Shown here: positions 29,254 through 39,970 of the stretch, piece after piece
Layout of the letters: each line of letters opens with the position of its first letter
How positions within the stretch are numbered: the first letter of the stretch is position 1
DNA from: a virus
Taxonomy: Duplodnaviria; Caudoviricetes
Length of the DNA: 64,000 nucleotides
Strand: one strand, 5' to 3'
IMG/VR virus record: IMGVR_UViG_3300030330_006619
Coordinates: 126,094 to 190,093 of that record
Translations under genes and position numbers: made by a program
Notes under the pieces: model-generated
What the model saw: the letters and a program-made list of their open reading frames with translations, nothing else
Databases searched by the model: none
What the model was told of the DNA's origin: nothing

Positions 29254-29967
29254 ATGAATTTTGATATCTTTGAAGACGGTAAAGGAAAAGTAGAATATAT
29301 TTCACACATGGGGTCAGACCTCAGTGTAGTAAACGCAGCCAGAGTTAGTTTTGGTGTTGAAAAGGAAGAATTAAATGATAAAGACATTAAGCTTATTAAG
29401 TATCTTATGCGCCATGGCCACACTAGTCCCTTTGAGCATTGTGTACTTACAATGCGTTTTAGTGTTCCTCTCTTTGTGAGGTCTCAGCACCATAGACATA
29501 GAACGTGGTCGTATAACGAAATCAGTAGAAGATATACTAGTGTTGATATGAAATTTTATGAACCACAAAATTTCAGAACACAACATAAATCAAATAGACA
29601 AGCAAGTACATCAGCGCTGATTAATCCAGACCTAAACAATTCAGTACCTAGAACAATCCCCACACCAGCTTGGAGGGCGTCGGATGCAGTAAATCAGCAT
29701 AACACTAGAAGTATGGAACTATATAATACATTGATTGAACGTGGTGTTTGCCGAGAGCAGGCAAGAGGCGTCCTGCCGCAAAATTTATATACTGAATACT
29801 ATGGAACAGTAAATCTACATAATTTATTGAAGTTTATATCCCTTAGATCTCATGAGGGAGCCCAGTGGGAAATTCAAAAAGTAGCACAGGCCTGCCTCGA
29901 TATTTGCCAGAAACTTTACCCGGTTTCAACTAAGGCATACCAGGAGATGAAAGAAGGTACACTGTAA
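29254..29967 (+). CDS. thyX: flavin-dependent thymidylate synthase
   Basis: AARVSF, HTSPFEH, RHRTWSYNEISRRY signature, EQARGVLP, AQWEI. Confidence 0.95.
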   Translation: MNFDIFEDGKGKVEYISHMGSDLSVVNAARVSFGVEKEELNDKDIKLIKYLMRHGHTSPFEHCVLTMRFSVPLFVRSQHHRHRTWSYNEISRRYTSVDMKFYEPQNFRTQHKSNRQASTSALINPDLNNSVPRTIPTPAWRASDAVNQHNTRSMELYNTLIERGVCREQARGVLPQNLYTEYYGTVNLHNLLKFISLRSHEGAQWEIQKVAQACLDICQKLYPVSTKAYQEMKEGTL

Positions 29968-29968
29968 A

Positions 29969-32200
29969 ATGAGAGTTACATGGGCAATATTTATTTTGCT
30001 AGCAGTTTTTGGTTGTTCTGACAAAGATATTAACCAAGATGTTGAAAACCCACCTAGACTACTGATTGATGACGCTGCACCCGCCCCGGATGCCTATCTT
30101 ATAGACTGGCAAGCACCTACTCCCCCGGATCAGGGTTTAACTCCGGAGCAAATTTGTCAACAGACAGATTTTAGCCAAGTGGAAGAATATTGCCGATGTT
30201 ACCCACAGTGTTGTGATACACAAAGGTGGTACTGTCCACCAAACCCTGCCCAAACAATTGATGTCATGCAAGTCGTAGTTGAGATATGTGACGAAAACAA
30301 AACACCTTGTACATATGGTCTCGATCCTGAATGTCCACCACCGCAAATTCTACAGAGAAGTGATTGCTTCACTCAGTGGGAGTGTCCACCCGGCACCAGT
30401 GGCGAATTTATTGAGTGGTTTGAATGCCAGTTGGAAGACGGCACTTTCGGTCGCCAACAGGTCCTTTGTAATAAAGGGAATTTGCTTCATTTGCCGTGCC
30501 GCCCCTGTGGAGACGAGATATGCAATGGGGAAGATGATGACTGTGACGGCGGTGTTGACGAGGGCCGGTTTGCCTGTCAGACTGAATGTGGCGCCGGCTG
30601 GGGGTTTTGTGTCGATCAACAAGTAGTTGATTGCAATGCTGCCCGCCCCTCTGAAGAGAGGTGCAATTTTCTGGATGATGACTGCGATGGAGATGTGGAT
30701 GAGGGTCAAAGAAACCAGTGCGATTCTTGCGGCCCGATACCCTTAGATATATGTGATGGGGTTGATAACGATTGCGACAATTCGACTGATGAAGATCTCA
30801 TAAGAGAGTGTGAAACTGCTTGTGGCCGCGGCACAGAAATTTGTGATGGCGGAAACTGGATTTCATGTACTGCCACACAGCCCGCAGACGAAGAGTGTGA
30901 CGGCGAGGACAATGATTGTGACGGCCAAATAGATGAACAGCTTCAGTGTCTGTGCACTATTGATGATGTGGGCAATTTACAACCATGCTCTGAACCACCT
31001 CTGCTTTGCGGCCAAGGTTTTAAGACATGCGAATGTGTTGATCCTAACTGTACGGAGATGCGAATGACTGACTGTGCAGCACTGTGTCAGTATGTTCCAC
31101 TTCCAGAGCCTCCTGTTTGTGATCCTAGAATTGGCATAGCATTACAACAAGAGGAATGTAACAACTTTGATGAAGATTGTGATGATTCTATAGATGAAAA
31201 TTTAACTCAAGCGTGCTATACCGGTGACCCTGAAACCTTATTGGTTGGTGTTTGTGCCCCCGGAGAGGTCTATTGCAATAGAGGCACTTGGGGCAATGAT
31301 CGCAACAATCAGTTCGAACCTGCTTTTTGTCTGGGGGAAATCACACCTCAAGAAGAAATCTGTGATGGCGCCGACAACGATTGTGATGGGGTAGTTGATT
31401 ACGGCGAAGAAATAAGAGAAACAGACATCTTGTTTGTGGTTGATTGGTCGGGATCCATGGACGATGAAATCGCCGCAGTGAGAATAGCCCTTAACCGTTT
31501 TGCAACACATTTCGCTGCAGAAGATCCACTGCAATGGGGTTTGATAATCGGCCCAAAAGAATTTGCAGAAGATGGGACGGAATATCTGGTAAAAGTTTCG
31601 GAGATCTCACCATTTGATCAGTTTTTGGCTGCCTTTGCAGCACTTGGTAACGATGGAATGGACACTGGAAATGAAATGTTGCTCGACGCAGTGTACTTAG
31701 CAGTGCGAAATATCTCTGCCAATGCGAATGTTGATATTCCATCAACAGAGTGGTTTGCTGATACAGGCTCACGCCCAGTCAAGGAAAATTTTGATATAAA
31801 CTGGAGAGCAAATTCTGATAGAATTGTGATAATCTTTAGCGATGAAGTGGAGCAGTCTTTCCTAAAACACAGCGATGAATCTATTTTGGGACTTCCAATT
31901 ACAAAAGCTGTGGTCGCAGATGCAGTAAGAGCAGGGATTAGGTTGAAAGTTTATGCATTCTCTATGGGGGGTTTTGGAAACCGTCCTGACTTTTGGACAG
32001 ACATCACTCTTGCTGGCAATGGCGCAAACTTCGAATTAACCTCAGATGCTCTGAGTATGTATAATGATTTGATGTCAATTATAGATGAGGCTTGCCTTCC
32101 CAGAGAAGAACAACAGGCATCACTCTTTTCTGCTCCATATGGCTATGAGCTTACTTCATTATATAGTCGATATGATTACGACAATAAAATATGTTTGTAA
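29969..32200 (+). CDS. Cys-rich repeat (MopE-like metal-binding motif) + vWA domain lipoprotein
   Basis: Lipobox LAVFGC; repeated E.C(D/N)G.D(N/D)DCDG.(V/I)DE; DILFVVDWSGSM MIDAS motif; IIFSDE. Confidence 0.8.
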   Translation: MRVTWAIFILLAVFGCSDKDINQDVENPPRLLIDDAAPAPDAYLIDWQAPTPPDQGLTPEQICQQTDFSQVEEYCRCYPQCCDTQRWYCPPNPAQTIDVMQVVVEICDENKTPCTYGLDPECPPPQILQRSDCFTQWECPPGTSGEFIEWFECQLEDGTFGRQQVLCNKGNLLHLPCRPCGDEICNGEDDDCDGGVDEGRFACQTECGAGWGFCVDQQVVDCNAARPSEERCNFLDDDCDGDVDEGQRNQCDSCGPIPLDICDGVDNDCDNSTDEDLIRECETACGRGTEICDGGNWISCTATQPADEECDGEDNDCDGQIDEQLQCLCTIDDVGNLQPCSEPPLLCGQGFKTCECVDPNCTEMRMTDCAALCQYVPLPEPPVCDPRIGIALQQEECNNFDEDCDDSIDENLTQACYTGDPETLLVGVCAPGEVYCNRGTWGNDRNNQFEPAFCLGEITPQEEICDGADNDCDGVVDYGEEIRETDILFVVDWSGSMDDEIAAVRIALNRFATHFAAEDPLQWGLIIGPKEFAEDGTEYLVKVSEISPFDQFLAAFAALGNDGMDTGNEMLLDAVYLAVRNISANANVDIPSTEWFADTGSRPVKENFDINWRANSDRIVIIFSDEVEQSFLKHSDESILGLPITKAVVADAVRAGIRLKVYAFSMGGFGNRPDFWTDITLAGNGANFELTSDALSMYNDLMSIIDEACLPREEQQASLFSAPYGYELTSLYSRYDYDNKICL

Positions 32201-32967
32201 AAGATATTGTTGTCGGTAGTTCTGTAGAATCGGCTCTTTATGCTCTGTTAACAGAATCACTATTTATTAACACGAGATTAGACCCGCCGATGTTCTATCG
32301 ACACATGGAATTTCCAATATTGGGCACCTCTACTGAGCCAGAAGCATGGTCCAAGTTATGCCTAATGTTATCATTCTTAGGAAAAAAGATAGATGCTCAC
32401 GACCGTAAGGTTTCCATACAAGAAAATAACATAAAGATCCGTGCCGGGCTTTTATTGGAAAACATTAGTTTTGATAGTTGTTTCGTTTTTGATACTACAT
32501 TTTTGGATTTAGAAAACGAGATACACACAGCAAGGGCAAGCCAGTTTTTAGTCCTTGATGACTTTGAACTCAGCTATTTAGGTGGCCCCGAACATATTGA
32601 AAACATCGTAAATCTACATGACAATTTTATTAGAAAGCTTTTTTTCTATTCTTCGGACAGGATATCTGGATTTCATGGTATCAGCGACTGTGTAGCAGAA
32701 TCTTTACTCAGCAGCGAACAACTCCATAGTTTTGACTTCTCTGACACCACTGCACGCTTTGCAGTTGAAAGATACCTTAAGCTAGCCGGAGTTAAAGGCA
32801 AGTTTATGAATTTATATAAAAATGGATCTAGCAAGTACAGAAGGCCAAAAGTCAAGCATGTAAATAGACTTGTGTTTGAAAGAGACAAAAATATATACAG
32901 AGACAGCAAAAATGTCAAGTTTTTATCTTTGAAGTTGGGAGAAATCATAAATGAACTCAGCTCCTAA
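32191..32967 (+). CDS. hypothetical protein with a degenerate Rossmann-like N-terminus
   Basis: IVVGSSVESALYA resembles a decayed GxGxxG strand-helix. Confidence 0.5.
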   Translation: MFVKDIVVGSSVESALYALLTESLFINTRLDPPMFYRHMEFPILGTSTEPEAWSKLCLMLSFLGKKIDAHDRKVSIQENNIKIRAGLLLENISFDSCFVFDTTFLDLENEIHTARASQFLVLDDFELSYLGGPEHIENIVNLHDNFIRKLFFYSSDRISGFHGISDCVAESLLSSEQLHSFDFSDTTARFAVERYLKLAGVKGKFMNLYKNGSSKYRRPKVKHVNRLVFERDKNIYRDSKNVKFLSLKLGEIINELSS

Positions 32968-33802
32968 GGGCAAAAATGTTGTAGGAATTATACCTCTGTC
33001 TGGCAGAAAAGACGCCTTTGGTTTCCCTTGGCCGGATTATCTGCAGCCGCTGCGAGAGGGTATGCTGGCAGTTGAGAGATCAGTTTACGAATGTGCACAC
33101 GCTGGCTGTGACAGCATCTGGATTGTTGTAAACGATGATACGGCTCCATTAGTCAAAAAAAGAATCGGTGACTATGTTATGGATCCAGTTTATTTTAAGG
33201 AGAAGGATTTTGTAAAGAAAAAGCACTTGCACGAAAAATGGATACCAGTATATTACACCCCAATTTTACCTAAAGACAGAGATAGGAGAGATAGTTTGGG
33301 TTGGTCCGTACTGCATGGCGCTTTGACGTCTTTTATTGTAGCATCCAAGATAAGCAGATGGGTACGTCCGACAAAGTATTTTGTATCTTTTCCTTTTGGG
33401 CTATATGATGCAGGTTTCATCGCGAGCCACCGCCAAAGCATTCGAAGTAAACAATCTTTTTTTGTGAGTCATGAAGGAAAAACAGTCAGAGACGGAAAAT
33501 ATTTGAGTTTCACATTTTCACCAGAAGATTGGCTGAAGTATAAGAGAAATATCAAGAATCAATGCACAGGGGGAGACAAAAATTTGCCAATTTCAGAAAG
33601 ATGGTCAAGTAGGTTTTTTAGTCTTGACAAAATCTTTAATTGTGATAATATAGTGGTAGATAAAAAAGTCGAAATAGAGGATTACTATCACTTGGATGAT
33701 TGGGAAAGTTTAAGGAAGTTTTATGCTTCCAAGGTGATAATCAATCGCCCTTCAAGATTATTTATGAAACCTTATTTTATCAACAAGCCAGAAAACAAAT
33801 AA
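32951..33802 (+). CDS. nucleotidyltransferase-like protein (divergent)
   Basis: VGIIPLSG, L.P, AVERSV..C..AGCDSIWIV match the N-terminal fold of sugar-phosphate nucleotidyltransferases. Confidence 0.55.
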   Translation: MNSAPKGKNVVGIIPLSGRKDAFGFPWPDYLQPLREGMLAVERSVYECAHAGCDSIWIVVNDDTAPLVKKRIGDYVMDPVYFKEKDFVKKKHLHEKWIPVYYTPILPKDRDRRDSLGWSVLHGALTSFIVASKISRWVRPTKYFVSFPFGLYDAGFIASHRQSIRSKQSFFVSHEGKTVRDGKYLSFTFSPEDWLKYKRNIKNQCTGGDKNLPISERWSSRFFSLDKIFNCDNIVVDKKVEIEDYYHLDDWESLRKFYASKVIINRPSRLFMKPYFINKPENK

Positions 33803-33815
33803 AGAAAGAGAGATA

Positions 33816-36800
33816 ATGAAAGAAGATATTAAATTCGTGGGTCTTCACGCTCACTCGGTTGCAGGATCCCCGTTTGATGCACTGGGGTACCCCCAAGAAC
33901 ACATGGATTTCGCATACGAAAACGGTATGGATGCATTAGCTTTGACTGACCACGGTAACATGAACGGTCTTGCATATCAAGTTTTACATGCAAAGAAGAT
34001 GACTAGAGAGGGCAAGGAATTCAAGCCTATTTTTGGCTGCGAGGCCTACTTCGTGCCTTCTATTAAAAAGTGGAAACAAGATTACGAAGCTAAAAAACTA
34101 CAAGCAAAGAAGAAGTCAGATTATGAAGCAGACAATTCAGGCACCACTGTTGAAGACGAGGGGGCTTCAAAGAAGAAAATCAATTCTTCCCTTAACAGAA
34201 GGAGGCACCTAATCCTTTTGGCAATGAATCAAAAGGGGCTACAAAATATTTTTAAAATGATATCCAAGTCGTATTCAGGTGACAATTTTTATAGATACCC
34301 TAGGGTAGATTATGAGATGCTTGAAAAACATAACGAGGGAGTCATTGCTGCGTCGGCTTGTCTGGGGGGAGTCTATGCGGGAAATTATTGGGAGAACCGC
34401 GACACAGGCCCCGATGCCGTGCTCCATGCAATGAGAGAAACAACATTGAAAATGCAGAGCATTTTCGGAGATCGCTGGTACGGGGAGTTGCAATGGAATA
34501 ATGTACCAGAGCAACACGAGCTAAACAATTATATTATACAGATGCATCACGAGTGCGGGATTGAGTTAATTTCTACTGCAGACTCTCATTATTATAACGC
34601 TGATGTTTGGAAAGACCGGGAGTTATATAAGAGATTGGGTTGGCTTGGAAGGGGTAAGCCGGACTATCTTTCAGATGAATTGCCAACCTCGGTAGAGGAA
34701 GTTGGGTATGAACTGTACCCAAAGAATGGGAACCAGATGTACGAGTCCTACAAGAAGTATTCGAAAGCATGCGGCTATGAGTACGATGATAAATTGGTTT
34801 TAGATTCAATTACTAGAACACATGAAATTGCACACAAAAGAATAGAAAGTTTTCTTCCAGATAATACCGTACGCCTACCAGAGTTTGTTGTACCAGAGGG
34901 CTCAACCCCAGGTCAAACTCTTGCTGCTTTATGTGTCGAGGGTCTGAGAAACCTTAACTTGGCAGATAACAAAGAATACGCATCGCGACTGAAGAGGGAG
35001 GTAGAAGTTATTGAAAAGAGGGGGTTTTCAAAATACTTCTTGACAATGAAAGCGATTTCCGACGTTGCTGTCACTAGACAACTCACCGGCGCTGGTAGAG
35101 GTTCAGCAGCAGGCTCACTCGTAGCATACGTATTAAACATCACTCAGGTTGACCCAATTAAGTATGGCCTTCAATTCGAAAGATTTTTGACAAAAGGCGG
35201 ATCAGGATACCCTGATATTGATTATGATGTTTCTGACCCAATGACATTAAAAGAAGAGTTGATTGATCTCTGGGGGGATAATTCTGTAGTTCCAATAACT
35301 AATTGGAACACTCTACAGCTAAGATCCCTGATTAAAGATATATCTAAGTTTTATGGTATTGAATTCACAGAGGTGAATAATGTGACCAGCAAAATGGTTC
35401 ACGAGGCAACACCACTGGCTAAAAAGAAGCATGGAATTACAGCCGGTGTTTACGCGCCGACCTTCGAGGAGTTGATGGAATTTTCTGAATCTTTGCAAAA
35501 TTTTCTTAAGAAATATCCACATATTAAAACTCATATTGAGAAGTTGTATGGACAAACTAGATCAGCCTCTCGACATGCTGGCGGTGTTGTAGTTGGAGAA
35601 AATCTGGATCAGTGGATGCCACTTATTAATTCTGGAGGAGTTAGGCAAACACCGTGGTCTGAAGGGCAAAACGTTCGTCATCTTGAGCCCATGGGATTCA
35701 TTAAGTTTGATATTCTTGGTCTGGCTTCATTGCGAATGCTTGAGGGAGCAATCGAAAGAATCCTTACTAGACACCATGGAGTTGCTGAACCTACATTTGA
35801 CGATATTCGAAACTACTATAATACCCATCTCCACCCAGAGGTTATTGACCTTAACGATGCAGAAGTATGGACCAATGTTTTTCACAAAGGCAAGTGGGCA
35901 GGAATATTTCAATTCACAGAAGCAGGCGCCCAGACATTCTGCAAAAATGCAAAACCAGATAACATCATCGACCTTGCAGCGATTACCTCTATTTATCGCC
36001 CCGGTCCATTATCTGCCAATGTAGATAAAAAGTTTATCGGTGCAAAAGAAAATCCTGAGGATGTGGAATATGTAAATGACATTGTCAGGTCAGTCACAGA
36101 AGAAACTTATGGATTCCTTATTTTCCAAGAGCAAATTGCAATGCTGGCGCACAAGTTAGGTAAAAATTTGACCCTGGATGAAGGTAACAAACTAAGGAAG
36201 CTCCTGACGAAGAAAGGTACAGGATCTTCCTCCGCAGAGAAAGACAAGATTTTTGACAAGTTTTTCAAGGGCTGTGTAGAGAAGGGTATGAGAGACTACG
36301 AGGCTAGAGAACTTTGGGAGACTTTCGAGTATTTTTCGGGATATGGTTTTAATAAGTCTCATGCAGTTTCCTATTGTGTATTGTCTTATCAGTGTGCTTA
36401 TCTTCTTAACTACTACCCTGCAGAGTGGTTAGCAGCCTTTCTAGACAAAGAACCAGAGACCCGAAAAGAACGAGCGATCTCAACGGCTAAGTCTCTTGGC
36501 TACAATGTTGAACCCCTTAATGTCAATACGTCTGGGTCCTCTTGGGAAATTAGTGACGATGGAACCACACTAATTCAGCCACTGACCTCAATTAAGGGAT
36601 TAGGGGAGAAGGCTATTGAGCAAATTATTGAACACAGGCCCTTTGAAAAGATAGAAGATTTTCTATTCCATCCAGAAATTGTGTACTCAAAGTTGAACAA
36701 AAAATCAGTTTCAGCACTTTGTTTGGCTCAGGCCCTAAACACTCTAGTTGACTCTAGGTTTACAGGTTTGAAACACTTTTTTGCAGCAGTGTGCACAGAT

Positions 36801-37238
36801 CGTCCTCGTAAAGAAAAGAACCTGCTGGAAAACATTGAAAAGTATAAGGCAGAGGGAGATTTCACTGAGGAAGAGAAGTTAGAGTATCTTGTAAACTTGA
36901 CAGGTGTTTTTCCTATAAATTCTGTGGTTACACAGCAAGTTAGATCCAAGTTAGACGAACTTTACATACCGCCAATTTCAGAGTTTGATCCAAGCCTAGG
37001 GGTGACATGGTTCATCCCTAGAGAGTGTAAGGTTAAGAAGACTAAAAACGGCAAGACTTTTTATGTTGTAAAAGTTATTGACGACAACAATGAAACAAAC
37101 ACGATTAGGTGCTGGGGAGCGGATCCAGAGAAAGATATTGTTCACATCAATCGGCCGTATATGGCAAGATTGAAGTATGATCCAAATTGGGGCTTTTCCA
37201 CTTTTAGTGTTAGAAAAATGTTTAAGCTATTGGCGTAA
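33816..37238 (+). CDS. dnaE: DNA polymerase III alpha subunit
   Basis: PHP HAHS/ALTDHG/GCEAY/DSHY; GRGSAAGSLVAY; FERFL; PDIDYD; HAGGVV; KFDILGL; YGFNKSHA. Confidence 0.97.
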   Translation: MKEDIKFVGLHAHSVAGSPFDALGYPQEHMDFAYENGMDALALTDHGNMNGLAYQVLHAKKMTREGKEFKPIFGCEAYFVPSIKKWKQDYEAKKLQAKKKSDYEADNSGTTVEDEGASKKKINSSLNRRRHLILLAMNQKGLQNIFKMISKSYSGDNFYRYPRVDYEMLEKHNEGVIAASACLGGVYAGNYWENRDTGPDAVLHAMRETTLKMQSIFGDRWYGELQWNNVPEQHELNNYIIQMHHECGIELISTADSHYYNADVWKDRELYKRLGWLGRGKPDYLSDELPTSVEEVGYELYPKNGNQMYESYKKYSKACGYEYDDKLVLDSITRTHEIAHKRIESFLPDNTVRLPEFVVPEGSTPGQTLAALCVEGLRNLNLADNKEYASRLKREVEVIEKRGFSKYFLTMKAISDVAVTRQLTGAGRGSAAGSLVAYVLNITQVDPIKYGLQFERFLTKGGSGYPDIDYDVSDPMTLKEELIDLWGDNSVVPITNWNTLQLRSLIKDISKFYGIEFTEVNNVTSKMVHEATPLAKKKHGITAGVYAPTFEELMEFSESLQNFLKKYPHIKTHIEKLYGQTRSASRHAGGVVVGENLDQWMPLINSGGVRQTPWSEGQNVRHLEPMGFIKFDILGLASLRMLEGAIERILTRHHGVAEPTFDDIRNYYNTHLHPEVIDLNDAEVWTNVFHKGKWAGIFQFTEAGAQTFCKNAKPDNIIDLAAITSIYRPGPLSANVDKKFIGAKENPEDVEYVNDIVRSVTEETYGFLIFQEQIAMLAHKLGKNLTLDEGNKLRKLLTKKGTGSSSAEKDKIFDKFFKGCVEKGMRDYEARELWETFEYFSGYGFNKSHAVSYCVLSYQCAYLLNYYPAEWLAAFLDKEPETRKERAISTAKSLGYNVEPLNVNTSGSSWEISDDGTTLIQPLTSIKGLGEKAIEQIIEHRPFEKIEDFLFHPEIVYSKLNKKSVSALCLAQALNTLVDSRFTGLKHFFAAVCTDRPRKEKNLLENIEKYKAEGDFTEEEKLEYLVNLTGVFPINSVVTQQVRSKLDELYIPPISEFDPSLGVTWFIPRECKVKKTKNGKTFYVVKVIDDNNETNTIRCWGADPEKDIVHINRPYMARLKYDPNWGFSTFSVRKMFKLLA

Positions 37239-37261
37239 AATATAAGCAGAAAGGAGAAAAC

Positions 37262-37921
37262 ATGGCTAAACTTAAAGGGCTCCCGGCCCAAATATTAATA
37301 GACCAATTTATGAGTATTTTTCAAAACAAAGGATACTCATTTTTTGAAGAAGGGGATTATAACTTAAATATTATTGGAATTAGGAATTCCTCAGGAGACG
37401 CGTCAAAGTTTGACGACTTTATCGGAGTCTCTTACAAAGAAAGAAATCAGTGGGTTTGTGATATTTACCCAGCTACTACCGAACCCGGTCCAAGCATCTT
37501 AAGAAATCCCTTGAAAGAGGTGGATCATAAGGGGACTGCAATCTTAGTCCCAGGCCAATACCGCGGTACATATAAGATAGACTGGCATGGTAGCAAAGAT
37601 AAGGGTCACATGGCGCTATGCCAAAGGGGGACTAAGGTAAAAGTCTGGAGAGATAACAACAGAGATACGAAGCCCGACTATCATGGCCCCGAAGAGGAGG
37701 GCTGGTTTGGGATAAATATCCACAAACACAGGGGCTCTTCTGCAAGATTAAATACAGGAGGAGTTTCTGCCGGCTGCCAAGTTTTTCAAAGCAGTAAGGA
37801 CTTTTATGAATTCATGGAAACCTGTGAAACGGCAGCTGATAAATGGGGTAATAGATTTTCTTATACCCTTATTGAACAGAAGGATTTTATAAATTTAGGA
37901 TTGGAGTATGAAATTGTTTAA
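37262..37921 (+). CDS. putative cell-wall enzyme with a YkuD/L,D-transpeptidase-like catalytic motif (possible endolysin)
   Basis: LNIIGIR...FDD, TTEPG, LVPGQY, GINIH...SAGCQV (His...SxGC). Confidence 0.55.
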   Translation: MAKLKGLPAQILIDQFMSIFQNKGYSFFEEGDYNLNIIGIRNSSGDASKFDDFIGVSYKERNQWVCDIYPATTEPGPSILRNPLKEVDHKGTAILVPGQYRGTYKIDWHGSKDKGHMALCQRGTKVKVWRDNNRDTKPDYHGPEEEGWFGINIHKHRGSSARLNTGGVSAGCQVFQSSKDFYEFMETCETAADKWGNRFSYTLIEQKDFINLGLEYEIV

Positions 37922-38375
37922 TGAAAATATAGTAAGAGTACATAGAACGCATGACAGGGCAAAGTTGCCCACTCGTGCACACACCACAGATGCAGGTATG
38001 GATTTTTTTTACTGCCCTAGGGATGAATCCTGCATCACTTTGGGCCCTGGAGAATCATCATTGTTCCAGACTGGCATTAAAATGGAAGTGCCCCCGGGGC
38101 ATATGCTACAAATAATGAACAAATCTGGAATCGCAAGCAAGCGTTCTCTTTTGGTCGGCGCTTGTGTTGTTGATGAGGGATACACAGGAGAAATTTTCGT
38201 AAACTTACACAACGTTGGCACTAAACCTCAGACAGTAGAGCCAGGCCAAAAAGTAGCTCAAGGAGTTTTTGTTGTTATAAGTAAGCCGAGTTTTGCAGAG
38301 ATCACCGAAGATAATATTTATGGATCAGAGACCACTAGAGGCTCTGGTGCACTTGGCTCAACAGGAGATGTATAG
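37908..38375 (+). CDS. dut: trimeric dUTPase
   Basis: AGMD, KSG, VVDEGYTGEI, AQ, RGSGALGSTG. Confidence 0.95.
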   Translation: MKLFNENIVRVHRTHDRAKLPTRAHTTDAGMDFFYCPRDESCITLGPGESSLFQTGIKMEVPPGHMLQIMNKSGIASKRSLLVGACVVDEGYTGEIFVNLHNVGTKPQTVEPGQKVAQGVFVVISKPSFAEITEDNIYGSETTRGSGALGSTGDV

Positions 38376-38617
38376 TGACTAGTTTTTCCAGGAAGTTAAA
38401 AAGAAAAAACATAACATCGGCAAAGAAGAAATTCATGAAGGAGTTTAACAAGACCATGAAGAAGTTTAAAAAACTTGTGAAATGCTCCCATTGTGGCCGA
38501 CCTCCAAGGGAAGGAGAGAATATTGATAAGTGGAGAATAAATCAAAAGTCAGAAAATATTGACTTGATGTGTCCAGAGTGCTATGATGAAGATCAAGGAG
38601 AAGGCAATGAAGTTTAA
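38375..38617 (+). CDS. small zinc-binding hypothetical protein
   Basis: CSHC...CPEC. Confidence 0.6.
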   Translation: MTSFSRKLKRKNITSAKKKFMKEFNKTMKKFKKLVKCSHCGRPPREGENIDKWRINQKSENIDLMCPECYDEDQGEGNEV

Positions 38618-39644
38618 AGAATCGCTGTGTTTTGATGATGTACTTTTAGTTCCACAGAAAAGTTCAATTAACAGCAGAAGTGAGGTCAATCTTGAGACAA
38701 AGCTTGGAAATATTGAACTTAGAATTCCAATTATTTCTAGCCCAATGGACACTGTCTCAGAAGACCAGATGTGTTTGAGACTGCTGGCGCACGGAGGGCT
38801 CGGAGTAGTCCACAGGTATAACTCAATTGAACAGCAAGTAACCATTGTAAGAAATATTAGAGACAACCTGGAGGAGACTGGAAACTATAATATAAATAAG
38901 ATTGCCGCGGCAGTCGGTTGTAGTGGAGATTTCGAGTCTCGTGTGTCTGCCTTGGTCGAAGCAGGTGTGAGAGTGTTGTGTATTGACGTTGCTCATGGGC
39001 ACCACACACTGTTAGAGAGGTCTCTAAAGTTTTTGAAAGATACATATGCTTCATCATTGACTATAATCGCCGGAAATGTTGCAACACCAGAAGCGTTTTG
39101 TGATTTAAGTGAGTGGGGAGCTGACGCTATCAGAGTTGGCATTGGTGGGGGATCTATATGTTCAACGAGAATCCAAACCGGCCACGGTGTACCAACTTTT
39201 CAGTCTATTATGGATTGTAGTGTAGCCGGTGACGCAAATTTGATAGCAGATGGTGGAATTAAAAACTCTGGAGATGTCGTTAAGGCTATAGCTGCCGGCG
39301 CTGATATGGTGATGTTGGGTTCTATGCTAGCAGGTACTAAGCAAAGTCCTGGTGAAGTCTTTGTTTCAAATAGTGGAGCAAAAAGCAAAATCTATAGAGG
39401 TATGGCTTCAGTGGAGGCCCAAGTCGCTTGGAGAGGTGAGGCTCGGTCCCTGGAAGGGATATCCACAACCATCCCTTACAAGGGATCTGTAGACAAGATA
39501 TTGCGAGATTTAATACAGAATGTAAAATCTGGACTGTCTTATTCTGGAGCAAGAAACATAACAGAATTACAACATCGAAGTCAGTTTATCAAGCAGACAA
39601 ACGCATCTCAAGCGGAGAGCAATACACATATATTAAGTAAATGA
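38607..39644 (+). CDS. guaB: IMP dehydrogenase / GMP reductase family protein (no CBS domains)
   Basis: [50 protein letters not shown]; IMPDH vs GMP reductase not resolved by eye. Confidence 0.85.
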   Translation: MKFKESLCFDDVLLVPQKSSINSRSEVNLETKLGNIELRIPIISSPMDTVSEDQMCLRLLAHGGLGVVHRYNSIEQQVTIVRNIRDNLEETGNYNINKIAAAVGCSGDFESRVSALVEAGVRVLCIDVAHGHHTLLERSLKFLKDTYASSLTIIAGNVATPEAFCDLSEWGADAIRVGIGGGSICSTRIQTGHGVPTFQSIMDCSVAGDANLIADGGIKNSGDVVKAIAAGADMVMLGSMLAGTKQSPGEVFVSNSGAKSKIYRGMASVEAQVAWRGEARSLEGISTTIPYKGSVDKILRDLIQNVKSGLSYSGARNITELQHRSQFIKQTNASQAESNTHILSK

Positions 39645-39970
39645 GAAATTTTAAAGATAAAATAAAAATAGTATTTTATTCAACAGATAAAAGTAGCGTT
39701 GATTTTAAGATCAGACTAAGGCATGATGGTCTGAGTCAAAGTATGTTTTTCAGTTCTTTGATGGATCTATACATTCAAAACGATCCTGATCTGAATAACA
39801 TCATAGAGAAAATCAAACTTGATAAAAAACCCATCGGCGCGAAAAAACTTAAAAAAATAAAACAAGATTATGAAAAAGGAGAAGATATTTTGAAAGACTT
39901 GGGTATTTCCGAAAATGATAAACAGAAAATATATGATATTATAGAATCGGAGGTCATTGATTATGAGTGA
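39641..39970 (+). CDS. hypothetical protein, possible ribbon-helix-helix DNA-binding protein
   Basis: IVFY...FKIRL...GLSQSMFF..LM strand-helix-helix pattern. Confidence 0.5.
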   Translation: MRNFKDKIKIVFYSTDKSSVDFKIRLRHDGLSQSMFFSSLMDLYIQNDPDLNNIIEKIKLDKKPIGAKKLKKIKQDYEKGEDILKDLGISENDKQKIYDIIESEVIDYE

